A stretch of DNA of 64,000 bases from an uncultured delta proteobacterium (GTDB lineage: Bacteria > Desulfobacterota > Binatia > UBA9968). Positions 49,452 through 59,226 of the stretch are shown here, piece by piece. The position numbers were made by a program, and so were the translations under genes. The DNA lies in contig CAVYTU010000007.1 in NCBI GenBank assembly GCA_963771465.1, positions 1-64,000 of the forward strand, read 5' to 3'. The first letter of the stretch is position 1; each line of letters begins with the position of its first letter. A model generated the notes under the pieces. The model was not told the origin of the DNA, did not search any database, and was given only the letters and a program-made list of their open reading frames with translations.

Positions 49452-50402
49452 TCAGTAAATCTCCCGGTAGCGTTTGCGCAAGAGATATCCGGCGATATTG
49501 AAGACCAAAGTCATTGCCATCAATGTCAGCCCGGCAGCGAATATACTCTGATAGGCGATGCTGCCGTGGGGCAGATCGCCCAAGCTCACCTGAACGATGT
49601 ACGCGGTGATGGTGGCGGCACCCTCCATTGGGTTCAGGGTTAAGTTAGGCTGTTGGCCGGCCGCAATGGCCACAACCATGGTTTCCCCTACCGCCCTGGA
49701 GAACGCCAAAACATAAGCTGACGCGATACCGGAAAAAGCCGAGGGGAAGAGCACCCGTAACGCGGTCTGGAGCCGCGTCGCACCCATGGCATAGGAGCCT
49801 TCGCGAATAGTTACCGGCACGGCTCTCATGGCATCTTCACTCAAGGAACTGACGTACGGGATGATCATAATGCCGATGACGACGCCGGCGCTAAGCATGT
49901 TGAAACCCGGCAGTTCAGGCAAAAGTTTTTGCAGTATCGGGGTTACGAACAGTAGCGCGAAGTAACCAAAAACTACGGTCGGCACGGCGCTCAAAAGTTC
50001 CAGGATCGGTTTTAAAACTTCTTTGACCCGACTATTGGCATATTCACTAAGATAAATGGCGATGGTGGTGCCCACGGGCAGCGCTAGTAGCAAGGCGACC
50101 GACGAGGTTACCACCGTGCCGGCGACCAAGGGCATGATGCCATAGTGGGGATTCTCGAATAACACGGTCCACTGGGTGTCGGTTAGAAAATCGACGATCG
50201 AGACGCTTTTAAAGAATGACCAGGATTCAGTAAGTAAAATTCCAACAATGCCCACCGTGATCGCGATGGAAGAGAGTGCGCACAAAAACATCGCAAACTC
50301 GATGATCCGTTCACGGATTTTTTGCATACTCAAATGCGCAGCCGACGCCTGCAGCGAAATCTTTCCTGCCAGATAGCCGGCTTGAGCCTGGTTGGCTTCC
50401 AT
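49452..50402 (-). CDS. pstC: phosphate ABC permease PstC
   Basis: ELLSAVPTVVFG, RAVGETM. Confidence 0.95.
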   Translation of the reverse strand: MEANQAQAGYLAGKISLQASAAHLSMQKIRERIIEFAMFLCALSSIAITVGIVGILLTESWSFFKSVSIVDFLTDTQWTVLFENPHYGIMPLVAGTVVTSSVALLLALPVGTTIAIYLSEYANSRVKEVLKPILELLSAVPTVVFGYFALLFVTPILQKLLPELPGFNMLSAGVVIGIMIIPYVSSLSEDAMRAVPVTIREGSYAMGATRLQTALRVLFPSAFSGIASAYVLAFSRAVGETMVVAIAAGQQPNLTLNPMEGAATITAYIVQVSLGDLPHGSIAYQSIFAAGLTLMAMTLVFNIAGYLLRKRYREIY

Positions 50403-50438
50403 ACTCTGGTTTCCTTCTATTCCTTAGAGACAGAGGAA

Positions 50439-50475
50439 GAATTGACGGGATACGGTCAAAGCATCCCGCCAATTC
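50439..50475 (-). terminator. hairpin between pstS and pstC (partial terminator or mRNA stabiliser)
   Basis: GAATTGACGGGAT...ATCCCGCCAATTC. Confidence 0.55.
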
Positions 50476-50487
50476 AACCGGGGGAGG

Positions 50488-51474
50488 TTAGAACTTCGCT
50501 TCTCGCTTCAGTAGGTCTTCGATTTTCACACCTACTTCGGCCTCGCCGCCGAACACGGTCCCGATCTTGTTCTTCTTCAAATGATCGAGGCCCACGCTAT
50601 AGGCGCTCTGGGGAAGCGCTACATATTTTACGTCTTTAACCAGCTTTGGAGCGTTTTTCAGATAGAACTCGACGAACTCCTTGACATCCGGCTTGTCCAT
50701 GGATTTTTTAGCAACGTAAATAAAAATCGGACGGGAGAGAGGTTGATAAGAGCCGTCTTCAACAGTTTTGGGTGACGGAACGACGGGACCTTTGCCGCCG
50801 TCGATCGCGACCGCCTTGAGCTTTTTCTGGTTCTCGACATAGTAAGCAAAACCAAAATATCCCAGAGCATTGCGGTCGTTGCCGATGCCTTGGACCAGGA
50901 CGTTATCGTCCTCGCTGGCGGTAAAGTCACCGCGACTGGACTTGGCCTTTCCGACAATCGCTTCGGTGAAGTAATCGAAGGTCCCGGAATCAGCGCCGGC
51001 ACCAAACAGTTTCAACGGCGCATTGGGCCAGTTGGGGCGGACTTGGTTCCAGTTTGTTATCTTGCCTTGCGCGCCGGGTTCCCAAATCTTCTTGAGCTCT
51101 GCCACGGTCATTGACCCGGCCCAATCATTTTTTGGGTTCACCATCACGGTCAATGCGTCATAAGCGACCGGTAGTTCAAAATACTCAATGCCGGCACCCT
51201 TGCATGCTTCCATCTCTTGCTTAAGGATGGGTCGCGAAGCGTCCTGGACATCGGTCTCACCGCGGCAGAACTTCTTGAAACCGCCGCCGGTGCCGGCGAT
51301 GCCGACCGTGACTTTGACTTTGCCTTTTTTAGATTTTTGAAATTCTTCGGCGACCGCTTCGGTTATGGGAAACACCGTGCTTGAGCCGTCGATCTGGATA
51401 ACTTGTGCCTTGGCCGCAGGCGGGGCGACCCCGAGGAGGGCGAGAAGTGAAACTGCCAATAATGCATTTTTCAT
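50488..51474 (-). CDS. pstS: phosphate-binding protein PstS
   Basis: [33 protein letters not shown]. Confidence 0.95.
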   Translation of the reverse strand: MKNALLAVSLLALLGVAPPAAKAQVIQIDGSSTVFPITEAVAEEFQKSKKGKVKVTVGIAGTGGGFKKFCRGETDVQDASRPILKQEMEACKGAGIEYFELPVAYDALTVMVNPKNDWAGSMTVAELKKIWEPGAQGKITNWNQVRPNWPNAPLKLFGAGADSGTFDYFTEAIVGKAKSSRGDFTASEDDNVLVQGIGNDRNALGYFGFAYYVENQKKLKAVAIDGGKGPVVPSPKTVEDGSYQPLSRPIFIYVAKKSMDKPDVKEFVEFYLKNAPKLVKDVKYVALPQSAYSVGLDHLKKNKIGTVFGGEAEVGVKIEDLLKREAKF

Positions 51475-51511
51475 CTTTTTCTCCTTTTTCTACGAGTTAA
51501 TTAGCGATCCA

Positions 51512-51551
51512 ATGTTACGGTTATGTTACAAGCGTCTTAACGTTTGATGAA
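51512..51551 (-). promoter_or_regulatory. Pho-box-like 11-bp direct repeats
   Basis: ATGTTAC at 51512 and 51523, plus weaker units at 51534 and 51545. Confidence 0.7.
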
Positions 51552-51669
51552 TGCGACGGCTGCATCAAATCGTTTATCTCAATCATTCGACGGTGAACGT
51601 AAGCGCCAATTGTAAATGCTACGTGACGGTTGGATTAAGACCGAATTAAATAGGGACGGCCATCCATCG

Positions 51670-52668
51670 CTACGGTTGGGGTTCACGCTGGAGAAGCGTG
51701 TCAATTTTTATGGCGATTTCAGCCTTGCCACCGAAGGCAGTCCCGTAGCGTCCGATTCTTACTCGCTCGATAGCGAGCTCATATCCGCGAGTCGGCAGGG
51801 GCACATATTTCAATTGCTTGACGATTTGTGACGCCCTGGTGAGATAGAACGCGATGAACTGGCGCATTTCAGCCCCATCAAGGCTCTTTTTGCTGATGTA
51901 AATAAACAGCGGTCGCGACAGCGGTTGGTAGGTGCCATCTTCTACGCTCTTAACCGACGGCGACACCGGTCCGTTGCCGCCGTCGATGGGCACAGCCCGC
52001 AATTTCTTCTGATTTTGAACGTAGTAACCGTAGCCAAAATAGCCAAGCGCATCGGGCTCTTTGGCGATGGCTTGAACCAGAACGTTGTCGTCTTCGCTAG
52101 CGCTGTAATCGCTTCGGCTCGCTTTGGACTTACCGACGATCGCTTCAGTGAAGTAATCGAAGGTGCCTGAATCGGCGCCTGGAGCAAACAGTTTGATCAG
52201 CCGGTCGGGCCAAGCGGCGCGAATCTGTCGCCAATGGGTAATTCGACTCTGCGCCGCCGGTTCCCAGATTCTTTTCAGCTCGCCGATCGAAAATGAGTTC
52301 GCCCAATTGTTCTGGGGATTTACCAGTACCGTTAAAGCATCGTAGGCGAGCGGGATCTCGATGAATTGAACGCCGAATTTTTTGCAGAGATCCAGCTCGT
52401 GTTTGAGAATCGGCCGGGACGCATTGTTGATATTCGACACTTCAAGGCAAAAATTTCTAAAGCCGCCGCCGGTTCCTGATATTCCAATGGTCGCGGTGAT
52501 CGAGCCGTGCATTAGTTTTTGAAAGTCATCCGCGGCTTTCTTGGATATCGGATAGACCGTGCTCGAACCGTCGATTTTGATCGCTTGAGCGTAGAGCAGC
52601 GCCGGCAATATAAAGCCTAAAGCGGCGACAAAATTTTTTTGCAGCAATGCCTTTAGAAGCTCTTTCAT
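51670..52668 (-). CDS. pstS: second PstS paralog
   Basis: [29 protein letters not shown]. Confidence 0.92.
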   Translation of the reverse strand: MKELLKALLQKNFVAALGFILPALLYAQAIKIDGSSTVYPISKKAADDFQKLMHGSITATIGISGTGGGFRNFCLEVSNINNASRPILKHELDLCKKFGVQFIEIPLAYDALTVLVNPQNNWANSFSIGELKRIWEPAAQSRITHWRQIRAAWPDRLIKLFAPGADSGTFDYFTEAIVGKSKASRSDYSASEDDNVLVQAIAKEPDALGYFGYGYYVQNQKKLRAVPIDGGNGPVSPSVKSVEDGTYQPLSRPLFIYISKKSLDGAEMRQFIAFYLTRASQIVKQLKYVPLPTRGYELAIERVRIGRYGTAFGGKAEIAIKIDTLLQREPQP

Positions 52669-52694
52669 TTGTTTATGGCAATACTAGGCAACCA

Positions 52695-52786
52695 ATGTTA
52701 CGGCTAGGTTGCGCTCCGATGAATAAGCTCCGCGTGAATGGGGCTACAGCTAGGGATACGCGATTTTCGTAACAAGGATTTAACAA
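52695..52786. promoter_or_regulatory. divergent Pho-box-like repeats (pstS2 and Tmk-like pair)
   Basis: ATGTTAC/AGGTTGC at 52695/52706; GTAACAA/TTAACAA at 52769/52780. Confidence 0.6.
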
Positions 52787-52873
52787 TTGGCAGGATCGGG
52801 ACTGCTGGCGCTTCGCAGGCGACATTTGATAAGTTGGACCCGAATACGACGCGAATTGGAGGGTTAATTTCTC

Positions 52874-53608
52874 ATGGCTGGCGGCATGAAAATGTACGGC
52901 AAACATCGCTTTCCTGGGCGATTGTTCATCGTCGAAGGAATTGACGGCTCGGGTAAGAGCACGCAATTGATGCTGCTCAAGAAGTGGCTTGAGTCCGAGG
53001 GTTATGTCGTCTATTTCAGTGAGTGGAACTCTTCGCCGCTGGTTCACGATGTGACCAAGCGCGGCAAGAAAAAGAAAATGCTGACGCCGATGACCTTTAG
53101 CTTAATTCATGCTACCGATTTTGCCGACCGCACGGAACACCACATCATTCCGCCGTTGAAAGCGGGCGCCGTCGTGTTGGCCGATCGTTACGTTTATACC
53201 GCGTTCGCCCGCGACGTGGTTCGCGGTGTCAGTCCCAAGTGGGTCAGGGATCTTTACGCCTTCGCCGTCAAGCCGACCATCGCCTTCTACTTTCGCACGC
53301 CGCTGGACGTGTCCATGAAGCGAATTCTTGGTGGCCGTGATGCGATCAAGTATTACGAAGCGGGCATGGACCTCGGTCTCAGCGACGATTTGGAACAGAG
53401 TTTCAAGCTATTTCAAGGACATATCATCGAGGAATACGAAAAGATGGTCGATGAGTTCGGTCTCGTCGTGATCGACGCCACCCGTTCCATCGAAGAGCAG
53501 CAGGCGGAAGTGCGCCAGATTGTCGGCGATGCGCTGGCCGGAACGAAGAAAACCAAGGTGAGGCGATGGCTCGATTTAACTTCTTTGGCGAAGGGCTCCC
53601 GGATATAG
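52874..53608 (+). CDS. thymidylate-kinase-like protein 1
   Basis: EGIDGSGKST, ADRY, YEAGMD. Confidence 0.88.
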   Translation: MAGGMKMYGKHRFPGRLFIVEGIDGSGKSTQLMLLKKWLESEGYVVYFSEWNSSPLVHDVTKRGKKKKMLTPMTFSLIHATDFADRTEHHIIPPLKAGAVVLADRYVYTAFARDVVRGVSPKWVRDLYAFAVKPTIAFYFRTPLDVSMKRILGGRDAIKYYEAGMDLGLSDDLEQSFKLFQGHIIEEYEKMVDEFGLVVIDATRSIEEQQAEVRQIVGDALAGTKKTKVRRWLDLTSLAKGSRI

Positions 53609-54261
53609 ATCTCGCTGAGTTGAAGGGCAAGCTCATCGTCTTGGAAGGCACGGACGGTGTCGGCCGCTCGACTCAGATCGGGCTGCTCAAGCAGTGGCTC
53701 GAAAACCACGGCCATGCCGTGCTCGACACTGGTATGACTCGCTCGGCCCTGGCCGGCAAGCGGCTAAAGATTGCCAAGGAAGGCCACACGCTGGGCGGCA
53801 TCACGATGAGTTTGTTTTATGCCACCGATTTCGCCGATCGCTTGGAGAACGAAATCATTCCGGCGTTGCGCGCCGGCTTCATCGTGCTCACCGACCGATA
53901 CACTTATTCGCTGATGGCGCGGGCGATTGTCCGCGGCGCCGATCCGGAGTGGCTGCGCGAGGTGTACGGTTTCGCACTCATCCCCGACGCGATTTTCTAT
54001 TTGCGCGTGCAGATCGACGACCTGATCACGCGCGTGCTGCAAAGCCGCGGCTTTAATTACTGGGAGTCGGGCATGGATCTCCACATGGGCGAAGACATGT
54101 ATGAAAGTTTTGTCCGCTATCAGAAATGGCTGTTGGCCGAGTTCGATAAGATGGTCGAGGTTTATGGATTTCAACCCATCGATGCGGCGGGCTCGGTGGA
54201 GGATGTTTTCAATGACTTGCGTGACCGAGTCGACGCCGTGGTCGCGCGCAACGGCGCCTAG
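53566..54261 (+). CDS. thymidylate-kinase-like protein 2 (GRST P-loop)
   Basis: EGTDGVGRST, TDRY, WESGMD. Confidence 0.88.
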   Translation: MARFNFFGEGLPDIDLAELKGKLIVLEGTDGVGRSTQIGLLKQWLENHGHAVLDTGMTRSALAGKRLKIAKEGHTLGGITMSLFYATDFADRLENEIIPALRAGFIVLTDRYTYSLMARAIVRGADPEWLREVYGFALIPDAIFYLRVQIDDLITRVLQSRGFNYWESGMDLHMGEDMYESFVRYQKWLLAEFDKMVEVYGFQPIDAAGSVEDVFNDLRDRVDAVVARNGA

Positions 54262-55181
54262 CGCTTGGGGTGCGGCGCCTCGATCAGCGGTTTCCAGCGC
54301 ACCCAACATTCAGGGACTTTGGCGGCGTCGCTGAGAAGTTGATTGATTGTCGTCTGAGTGTGGAGTTTTTCTTTTTCCATTTCAGTGAGCAGAGATCGGC
54401 CGATGTCGGGATGATCGGCCAGGAAATTGGCCCGGCCGATGAATTCCGCAAGGTCGGCGATGAGCAGTAAGCGGTCATGCCAGTCGCCGAGAGCGTTTTG
54501 TAGTTCCTTGAGTGCTTGCACCAAGGGCTTGGCCTTGTTTTCTCCCAACTCTGCGAGTAGTTCGACCCGGTAGCGCAAACGTTTGCCAGCGATGCGGAAC
54601 TGGTGGAGGTGAACTTCATCGCTCTGCTCGGTCGCCGAAACGAACGCTTCCTGCCAAGCTGCCATCGATTTCGCGACTGCGTTTTCAAGTATCTTGACCG
54701 GATCGGCGTCGCTGTCGGCGGCTGCGATCAGCGCCTGCGCGCGGGTGATGAAGCTAAACAAATCGTGCCGGGCGATCTCGTGGCGTGCGCGCTCGAGTAG
54801 CCGGCCGCGTTGCGCTTCAAGCTCATCTTGAACCGCACCCCACGCAAGCTGCACTGCGGCTGCGCCGGCGCGCCGGCGTTTTTCCTTTATCAGATCGAGG
54901 TTGACGTCGAGATTGCGGCAAGATCCAAGCGCTTGGCGCACCTGGCGCAGAAGGCGCAGCACTTTTTTGATTTTTGGTGGTTTGGCTGCCGGATGGATTG
55001 CGCGCAGCACCTGCTGTAGACGACGACTCCCAACGCGCAGATGATGGATCGTTTCCGGATCGTCGTTAACCAGCAATTTTGGCATGAGGGTGGCGAACCG
55101 TTGCAGACGTTTGCGGGCGAGCTTTAGCAACCTTTTCTGGTTCGAGATAGCCGCCTCAGAGGGGTTTGCCGTAGCGTCCAT
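54258..55181 (-). CDS. CHAD domain polyphosphate-binding protein
   Basis: IHHLRVGSRRL, LG..RNLDV, LHQFRIAGKRLRY, Q..LGDWHD. Confidence 0.92.
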   Translation of the reverse strand: MDATANPSEAAISNQKRLLKLARKRLQRFATLMPKLLVNDDPETIHHLRVGSRRLQQVLRAIHPAAKPPKIKKVLRLLRQVRQALGSCRNLDVNLDLIKEKRRRAGAAAVQLAWGAVQDELEAQRGRLLERARHEIARHDLFSFITRAQALIAAADSDADPVKILENAVAKSMAAWQEAFVSATEQSDEVHLHQFRIAGKRLRYRVELLAELGENKAKPLVQALKELQNALGDWHDRLLLIADLAEFIGRANFLADHPDIGRSLLTEMEKEKLHTQTTINQLLSDAAKVPECWVRWKPLIEAPHPKR

Positions 55182-55189
55182 GGCTAGCT

Positions 55190-55714
55190 TCAATGTTTCG
55201 CCGCTCGGGTTCCGAGTAGACGCAGCTGTTTGGGCGCCAGGTGCCAATGCAGGATGGCTGGACTCGACGGCGGCAAGCCGTCGATTTCGATCCGGCAGAG
55301 CGATCCTTTGCGCAGATCGATTTTCATTCCATGGCCGCGGCTGCCGCAGAGCAACGAGCTTATCGTTTTACTGAGCAAAGGCTCATGACCGACCATGAGG
55401 AGGTGGTCGCGATCATGATAGCGCGTTAGGCTGAACAGCAGATGCTCCAGGTCACTTTCCGGCGCGAGGCCGGAGACTTCTTCGAGACAAGATTCCAGAC
55501 CCAGTGCGGTCGCGACAATTTCCGCGGTCTGGCGCGCGCGCAAGACCGGACTGGTCAAAATCCCGTCAAAGGCAACGTCTAGACGGCGAATTCCGCGTGC
55601 CGCCCGGCGTAGACGTTTAACGCCCTTAGGCGTGAGCGGCCGCTCGTTGTCACGCGTTACTGCGGGTTCGTCCGCCGCGACCGCGATACCATGACGCATG
55701 AGATAGAGATTCAT
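55190..55714 (-). CDS. sixA: phosphohistidine phosphatase SixA
   Basis: LMRHG, RPLT.KG, SP.LRARQTA, VGHEP. Confidence 0.92.
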   Translation of the reverse strand: MNLYLMRHGIAVAADEPAVTRDNERPLTPKGVKRLRRAARGIRRLDVAFDGILTSPVLRARQTAEIVATALGLESCLEEVSGLAPESDLEHLLFSLTRYHDRDHLLMVGHEPLLSKTISSLLCGSRGHGMKIDLRKGSLCRIEIDGLPPSSPAILHWHLAPKQLRLLGTRAAKH

Positions 55715-55746
55715 TGCGATTGGGCTTTCCTAACATTTCTTCCATG

Positions 55747-56187
55747 CTAAGAAATATTGCGCCAGTGATCGAGAAACAAGGCGAAAACTCTTTTGTCGAT
55801 TTCGTCGCGGTTCTCCCGAATCGCCTTTAGCGTTGGCTGGTCGTCACCGCCACTCGCCGGATGGTTTGGCACGTTCCAGTTTTCGACGCTGGCGCGACCC
55901 GGTAGATTCGAACATTTTTTGTGGGCGTCATCGAAGCTCACGACGAGATCGATCTCTTGGATCGGCACATCGGCCAAACCCTTACTACTTTGACCGAGCA
56001 TGCTGATGCCCAATTCTTGCATCGCTTGTACCACATGGAGAGGAATGACTCCTGGCTTGATGCCGGCGCTAAATATTCTCGTTCGCGGCGGCGCCAGATG
56101 CTTGGCGCTGGCTTCGGCAATCTGGCTTAAGCAGGTATTGTCTTGGCAAAGGAAGAGAACGTTACGTTGAATGCTTTCGCGGCGCAT
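55747..56187 (-). CDS. degenerate ArsC/LMW-PTP-fold protein
   Basis: VLFLCQDNTCLSQIAE, FSAG, MQELGI...QSSK, RDEIDKRV; P-loop Arg replaced by Leu. Confidence 0.8.
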   Translation of the reverse strand: MRRESIQRNVLFLCQDNTCLSQIAEASAKHLAPPRTRIFSAGIKPGVIPLHVVQAMQELGISMLGQSSKGLADVPIQEIDLVVSFDDAHKKCSNLPGRASVENWNVPNHPASGGDDQPTLKAIRENRDEIDKRVFALFLDHWRNIS

Positions 56188-56203
56188 TTCGACCTCCTAT
56201 TTT

Positions 56204-57754
56204 TTATCGTGAATGGTTGGTTGGCTTACGTTTGAGCGAAAGGTTGAGATTGAAAACTTCTTCCAGCAGCCTGCCTTTTTTGAGCGCCCGGTCGATTTCA
56301 TCGTCAATGTTGGCGCGCGCGGTCACCGCGATCGTCAAGATTTTGTTCTTGGCGAGGGCGGCGCTCACCGATTCGACTCTTTGCTCGCGGCGAAAGTCGA
56401 GCGCGTCGGCGATGCGCACCAGCGCGCTCAATTTGCGCACCACGTCCTGATCCGCCGGCGCCAGTTGGCTAAAGCCGAGATGTTTGGGACTGGGGTGCGC
56501 TTTGCGGTGATAGCGCGCGATGTTGGCGACCAGCTCGAGGTCGAGTTTGTTGAACGACTTCATGCCGGAGCTCTTGACCAAGTAGTAAGAGTGCTTATGG
56601 TGCTTGGGTTGAGCGATGAAAAGTCCGATATCATGCAGCAGCGCCGCGGCGTTGAGCACGCTGGCGTATTTTTCCGGCAACTGGTGCACGCGATGCAGTT
56701 GATAGAAAAGATTGAGCGCCAGCTGACTGACGTGATGAGAATGGGCGGCATCGTAAAGATATTTCTGCGAGACCTGTTCGAGCGACTCGGCACGCTCAGC
56801 GTCGGGATACCAGGGACCGGTTTCTTCGTAGTGCCGGCGCAGCAAATCGACCATCAAGCCGTCGCGTAGGCCACGGCGCGATACAAAAATATAATCCAGC
56901 CCGATCTCTGCCATAATTTCATGGAGCACCAGGCCGCCGGCGACGACAATGTCGGCGCGTTTGGGATCGCCGCTGATCATCTTGGCGCGCTCCGCGGCGG
57001 GCTCGTTGATCAAGATCTCAAGCAACGCTCTGAGCCGCTGGCGCCGTAAGACGGTGAGTGAGCCGGCTTTGTTGGGATCGCCGGTGACCCGCGTGTCGGT
57101 TTCGGCCAGTGCCGTGATCGTGCCGCCGCTACCGAAGGCCATGGTGAATTTTTCGCGTTGAACTCGCCGCACCACCGGTTTCAGCTTGGCCCGAACGAAC
57201 TCTCGAAGCTGTTTAACTTCCTTGTGATGGGGCGGGTCGTTGGCCAGGTAACCTTCCGTTAAGCGCACCGCGCCCAAAGGCAGACTGAACAAGCAGAAAG
57301 TATTGGTCGTGTTGGCCACCGCGATCTCGACGCTGCCGCCGCCGATATCGAGGAACAAGCCGAGGGGCAAATGAAAACGGAGTCCGCTCATAATGCCGAG
57401 GCTGATCAAGCGCGCTTCTTCCTCCTCGGACAGGACTTCCAGCGGTATGCCGATCTTGGCCGCGCGTTTGACAAATGCGCGGCCATCGGACGCTTCGCGC
57501 AATGCGCTGGTGCCGGTGGCGCGAATCGCTTTGACGCGAAAACGGTCGGCTAGTTTCTTGAAATCGGCGAGGACATTAAGTGCGGCTTCGGCTGTCTGTG
57601 GGTTGAGCTTGCCGGTATTGAAGACATCGCGCCCCAAGCGCACTGGCTGACGCTCCTGCTCTAACACCCGATAATGCTTGGGGTGATCGACCACCGCGAC
57701 TTGGCAACGCATGGCGTTGCTGCCGACATCGATTACCGCGAAATGATCTGCCAT
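56204..57754 (-). CDS. ppx: exopolyphosphatase Ppx/GppA with HD domain
   Basis: IDVGSNA, EEEARL, DIGGGS.E, LPLGAVRL, GLRDG, LHDIG. Confidence 0.93.
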   Translation of the reverse strand: MADHFAVIDVGSNAMRCQVAVVDHPKHYRVLEQERQPVRLGRDVFNTGKLNPQTAEAALNVLADFKKLADRFRVKAIRATGTSALREASDGRAFVKRAAKIGIPLEVLSEEEEARLISLGIMSGLRFHLPLGLFLDIGGGSVEIAVANTTNTFCLFSLPLGAVRLTEGYLANDPPHHKEVKQLREFVRAKLKPVVRRVQREKFTMAFGSGGTITALAETDTRVTGDPNKAGSLTVLRRQRLRALLEILINEPAAERAKMISGDPKRADIVVAGGLVLHEIMAEIGLDYIFVSRRGLRDGLMVDLLRRHYEETGPWYPDAERAESLEQVSQKYLYDAAHSHHVSQLALNLFYQLHRVHQLPEKYASVLNAAALLHDIGLFIAQPKHHKHSYYLVKSSGMKSFNKLDLELVANIARYHRKAHPSPKHLGFSQLAPADQDVVRKLSALVRIADALDFRREQRVESVSAALAKNKILTIAVTARANIDDEIDRALKKGRLLEEVFNLNLSLKRKPTNHSR

Positions 57755-57810
57755 TGAAAGGTTTCATATCATATCGCGCCAGGGTAGCGAGCCCCATGTC
57801 GAGGACGATC

Positions 57811-57839
57811 GGTTAAATTTAGGTTAAATCTGAGTAAAT
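57811..57839 (-). promoter_or_regulatory. Pho-box-like 11-bp repeats upstream of ppx
   Basis: GGTTAAA at 57811 and 57822, AGTAAAT at 57833. Confidence 0.65.
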
Positions 57840-57873
57840 TCGAATAGTCCAAAAACGACCTCGCATTACTCGA

Positions 57874-58221
57874 TCATGATTCGAACAAACGGTAGACGTT
57901 ACCGGCTTTGCGGCGTGATTTGCCGGCACGGGCGGCGCCGTGAGTGGCGCGCGTGGCGGCGCATGCGCCAATCTCCTTGGCAAGTCGATCGGCTAATTGC
58001 ACGATTTCTTCGACAACGTGCTCAAGCGCTTTAAGATCGCTGTCCGCCCGTGACGGAGCCTTATCTTCATGCTCGCGTCGAAGCGAACCACGGATTTTGA
58101 AACTATAAAGACTGATCACGCTCAATTGGTTGAGCATTTCGTGCAGAATCCGGCGCGCTTCATTGGCGCGATCTATGGGCTTGGGTTTTTCTGATTTTGG
58201 GGTTGCCGGAACGATGCGCAT
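57874..58221 (-). CDS. stand-alone HisKA-like helical protein
   Basis: RRILHEMLNQLSVI resembles an H-box; second helix LKALEHVVEEIVQLADRL. Confidence 0.5.
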   Translation of the reverse strand: MRIVPATPKSEKPKPIDRANEARRILHEMLNQLSVISLYSFKIRGSLRREHEDKAPSRADSDLKALEHVVEEIVQLADRLAKEIGACAATRATHGAARAGKSRRKAGNVYRLFES

Positions 58222-58604
58222 CGTGAGCTAGCTCCTTGTGCCTTGATGCACGGGCGCGATTAAAGTTGCCCGGATCCTGCTGTGCCGCGCTCTTGGTTCG
58301 GGTTCGGCCGATTACATTTTGTCCGACCAAACTTTTGACAATATTTCTCTCCATGGCCGAGGCGCAACCCTTCCGGAAAGAAGGCAAAGCAGACGTGCCT
58401 TGAAGCTCGCAGCAATGCATTTGTCTATGAGAATCAGCAGTGACAATGTCAATCATCGTGCCACGCGGGCATAAAATGAAACATTCGCCCCGCTGCCCTC
58501 TTTCCTCCAGGGTCACGCCTCGATCGGTACGCTGTCATCCGTTGTCCTGGTTGCCTGAATGATGCGGACTAGCGGTGTTGGGTGGTGCTGAAAACGCCCG
58601 ACCG

Positions 58605-59147
58605 TCAAATACTCGCGGTGCTTTGGCGCGGCCAGCCGAAGAGATACGGCACAAACTTCTTGCGCCACGGCTGGGACGGCAACGGCGGTGTGATCGACAA
58701 CACCGGACAGGGGCTTAGCCGCGTGACGCGGTCAGTGATGCCGCCGTTCAACCAATGGCGCAGGCTGCGGCTGCGGCGCGGCGACATGATGATCAGATCG
58801 GTTTTTTCCTCCGCCGCGATCGAGGTGATGTGCTCGGTGACGCTGCCGAGCACAACTCTCTTGGTCGCGCACGGCAGCTGCTTGAGCTTGGCGAGATGGG
58901 GCTCCAAGAAATGGTTCAGATCGAGAGTCGCTTCGGCAAGAACGCGATCGAGCGGCCATACCTTATTCTGGTTACCGGTGTAGATTTCGAACTCTGACGC
59001 CAATTCCCATGCGTTGGTTTCGCTGGCGACGTGGAGTATGACCAGTGCGGCTTTTTCTTCCGCTGCCAGCCAGCAGCCATACGACAGGGCACGCCGGGAA
59101 TGCTCCGACAGATCGGTCGGTACCAAGATTTTGCTTAATCGTTTCAT
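58605..59147 (-). CDS. universal stress protein
   Basis: ILVPTDLSEHS, DLIIMS, GGITDRV..SPCPVL. Confidence 0.88.
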   Translation of the reverse strand: MKRLSKILVPTDLSEHSRRALSYGCWLAAEEKAALVILHVASETNAWELASEFEIYTGNQNKVWPLDRVLAEATLDLNHFLEPHLAKLKQLPCATKRVVLGSVTEHITSIAAEEKTDLIIMSPRRSRSLRHWLNGGITDRVTRLSPCPVLSITPPLPSQPWRKKFVPYLFGWPRQSTASI

Positions 59148-59226
59148 AAATCCTCCTTGACAGTTTTACTGTAGGTACTCTAACTCGGCCGTGTTAGCGC
59201 GTGATGACGGCGCGAAAAACTGTCGA

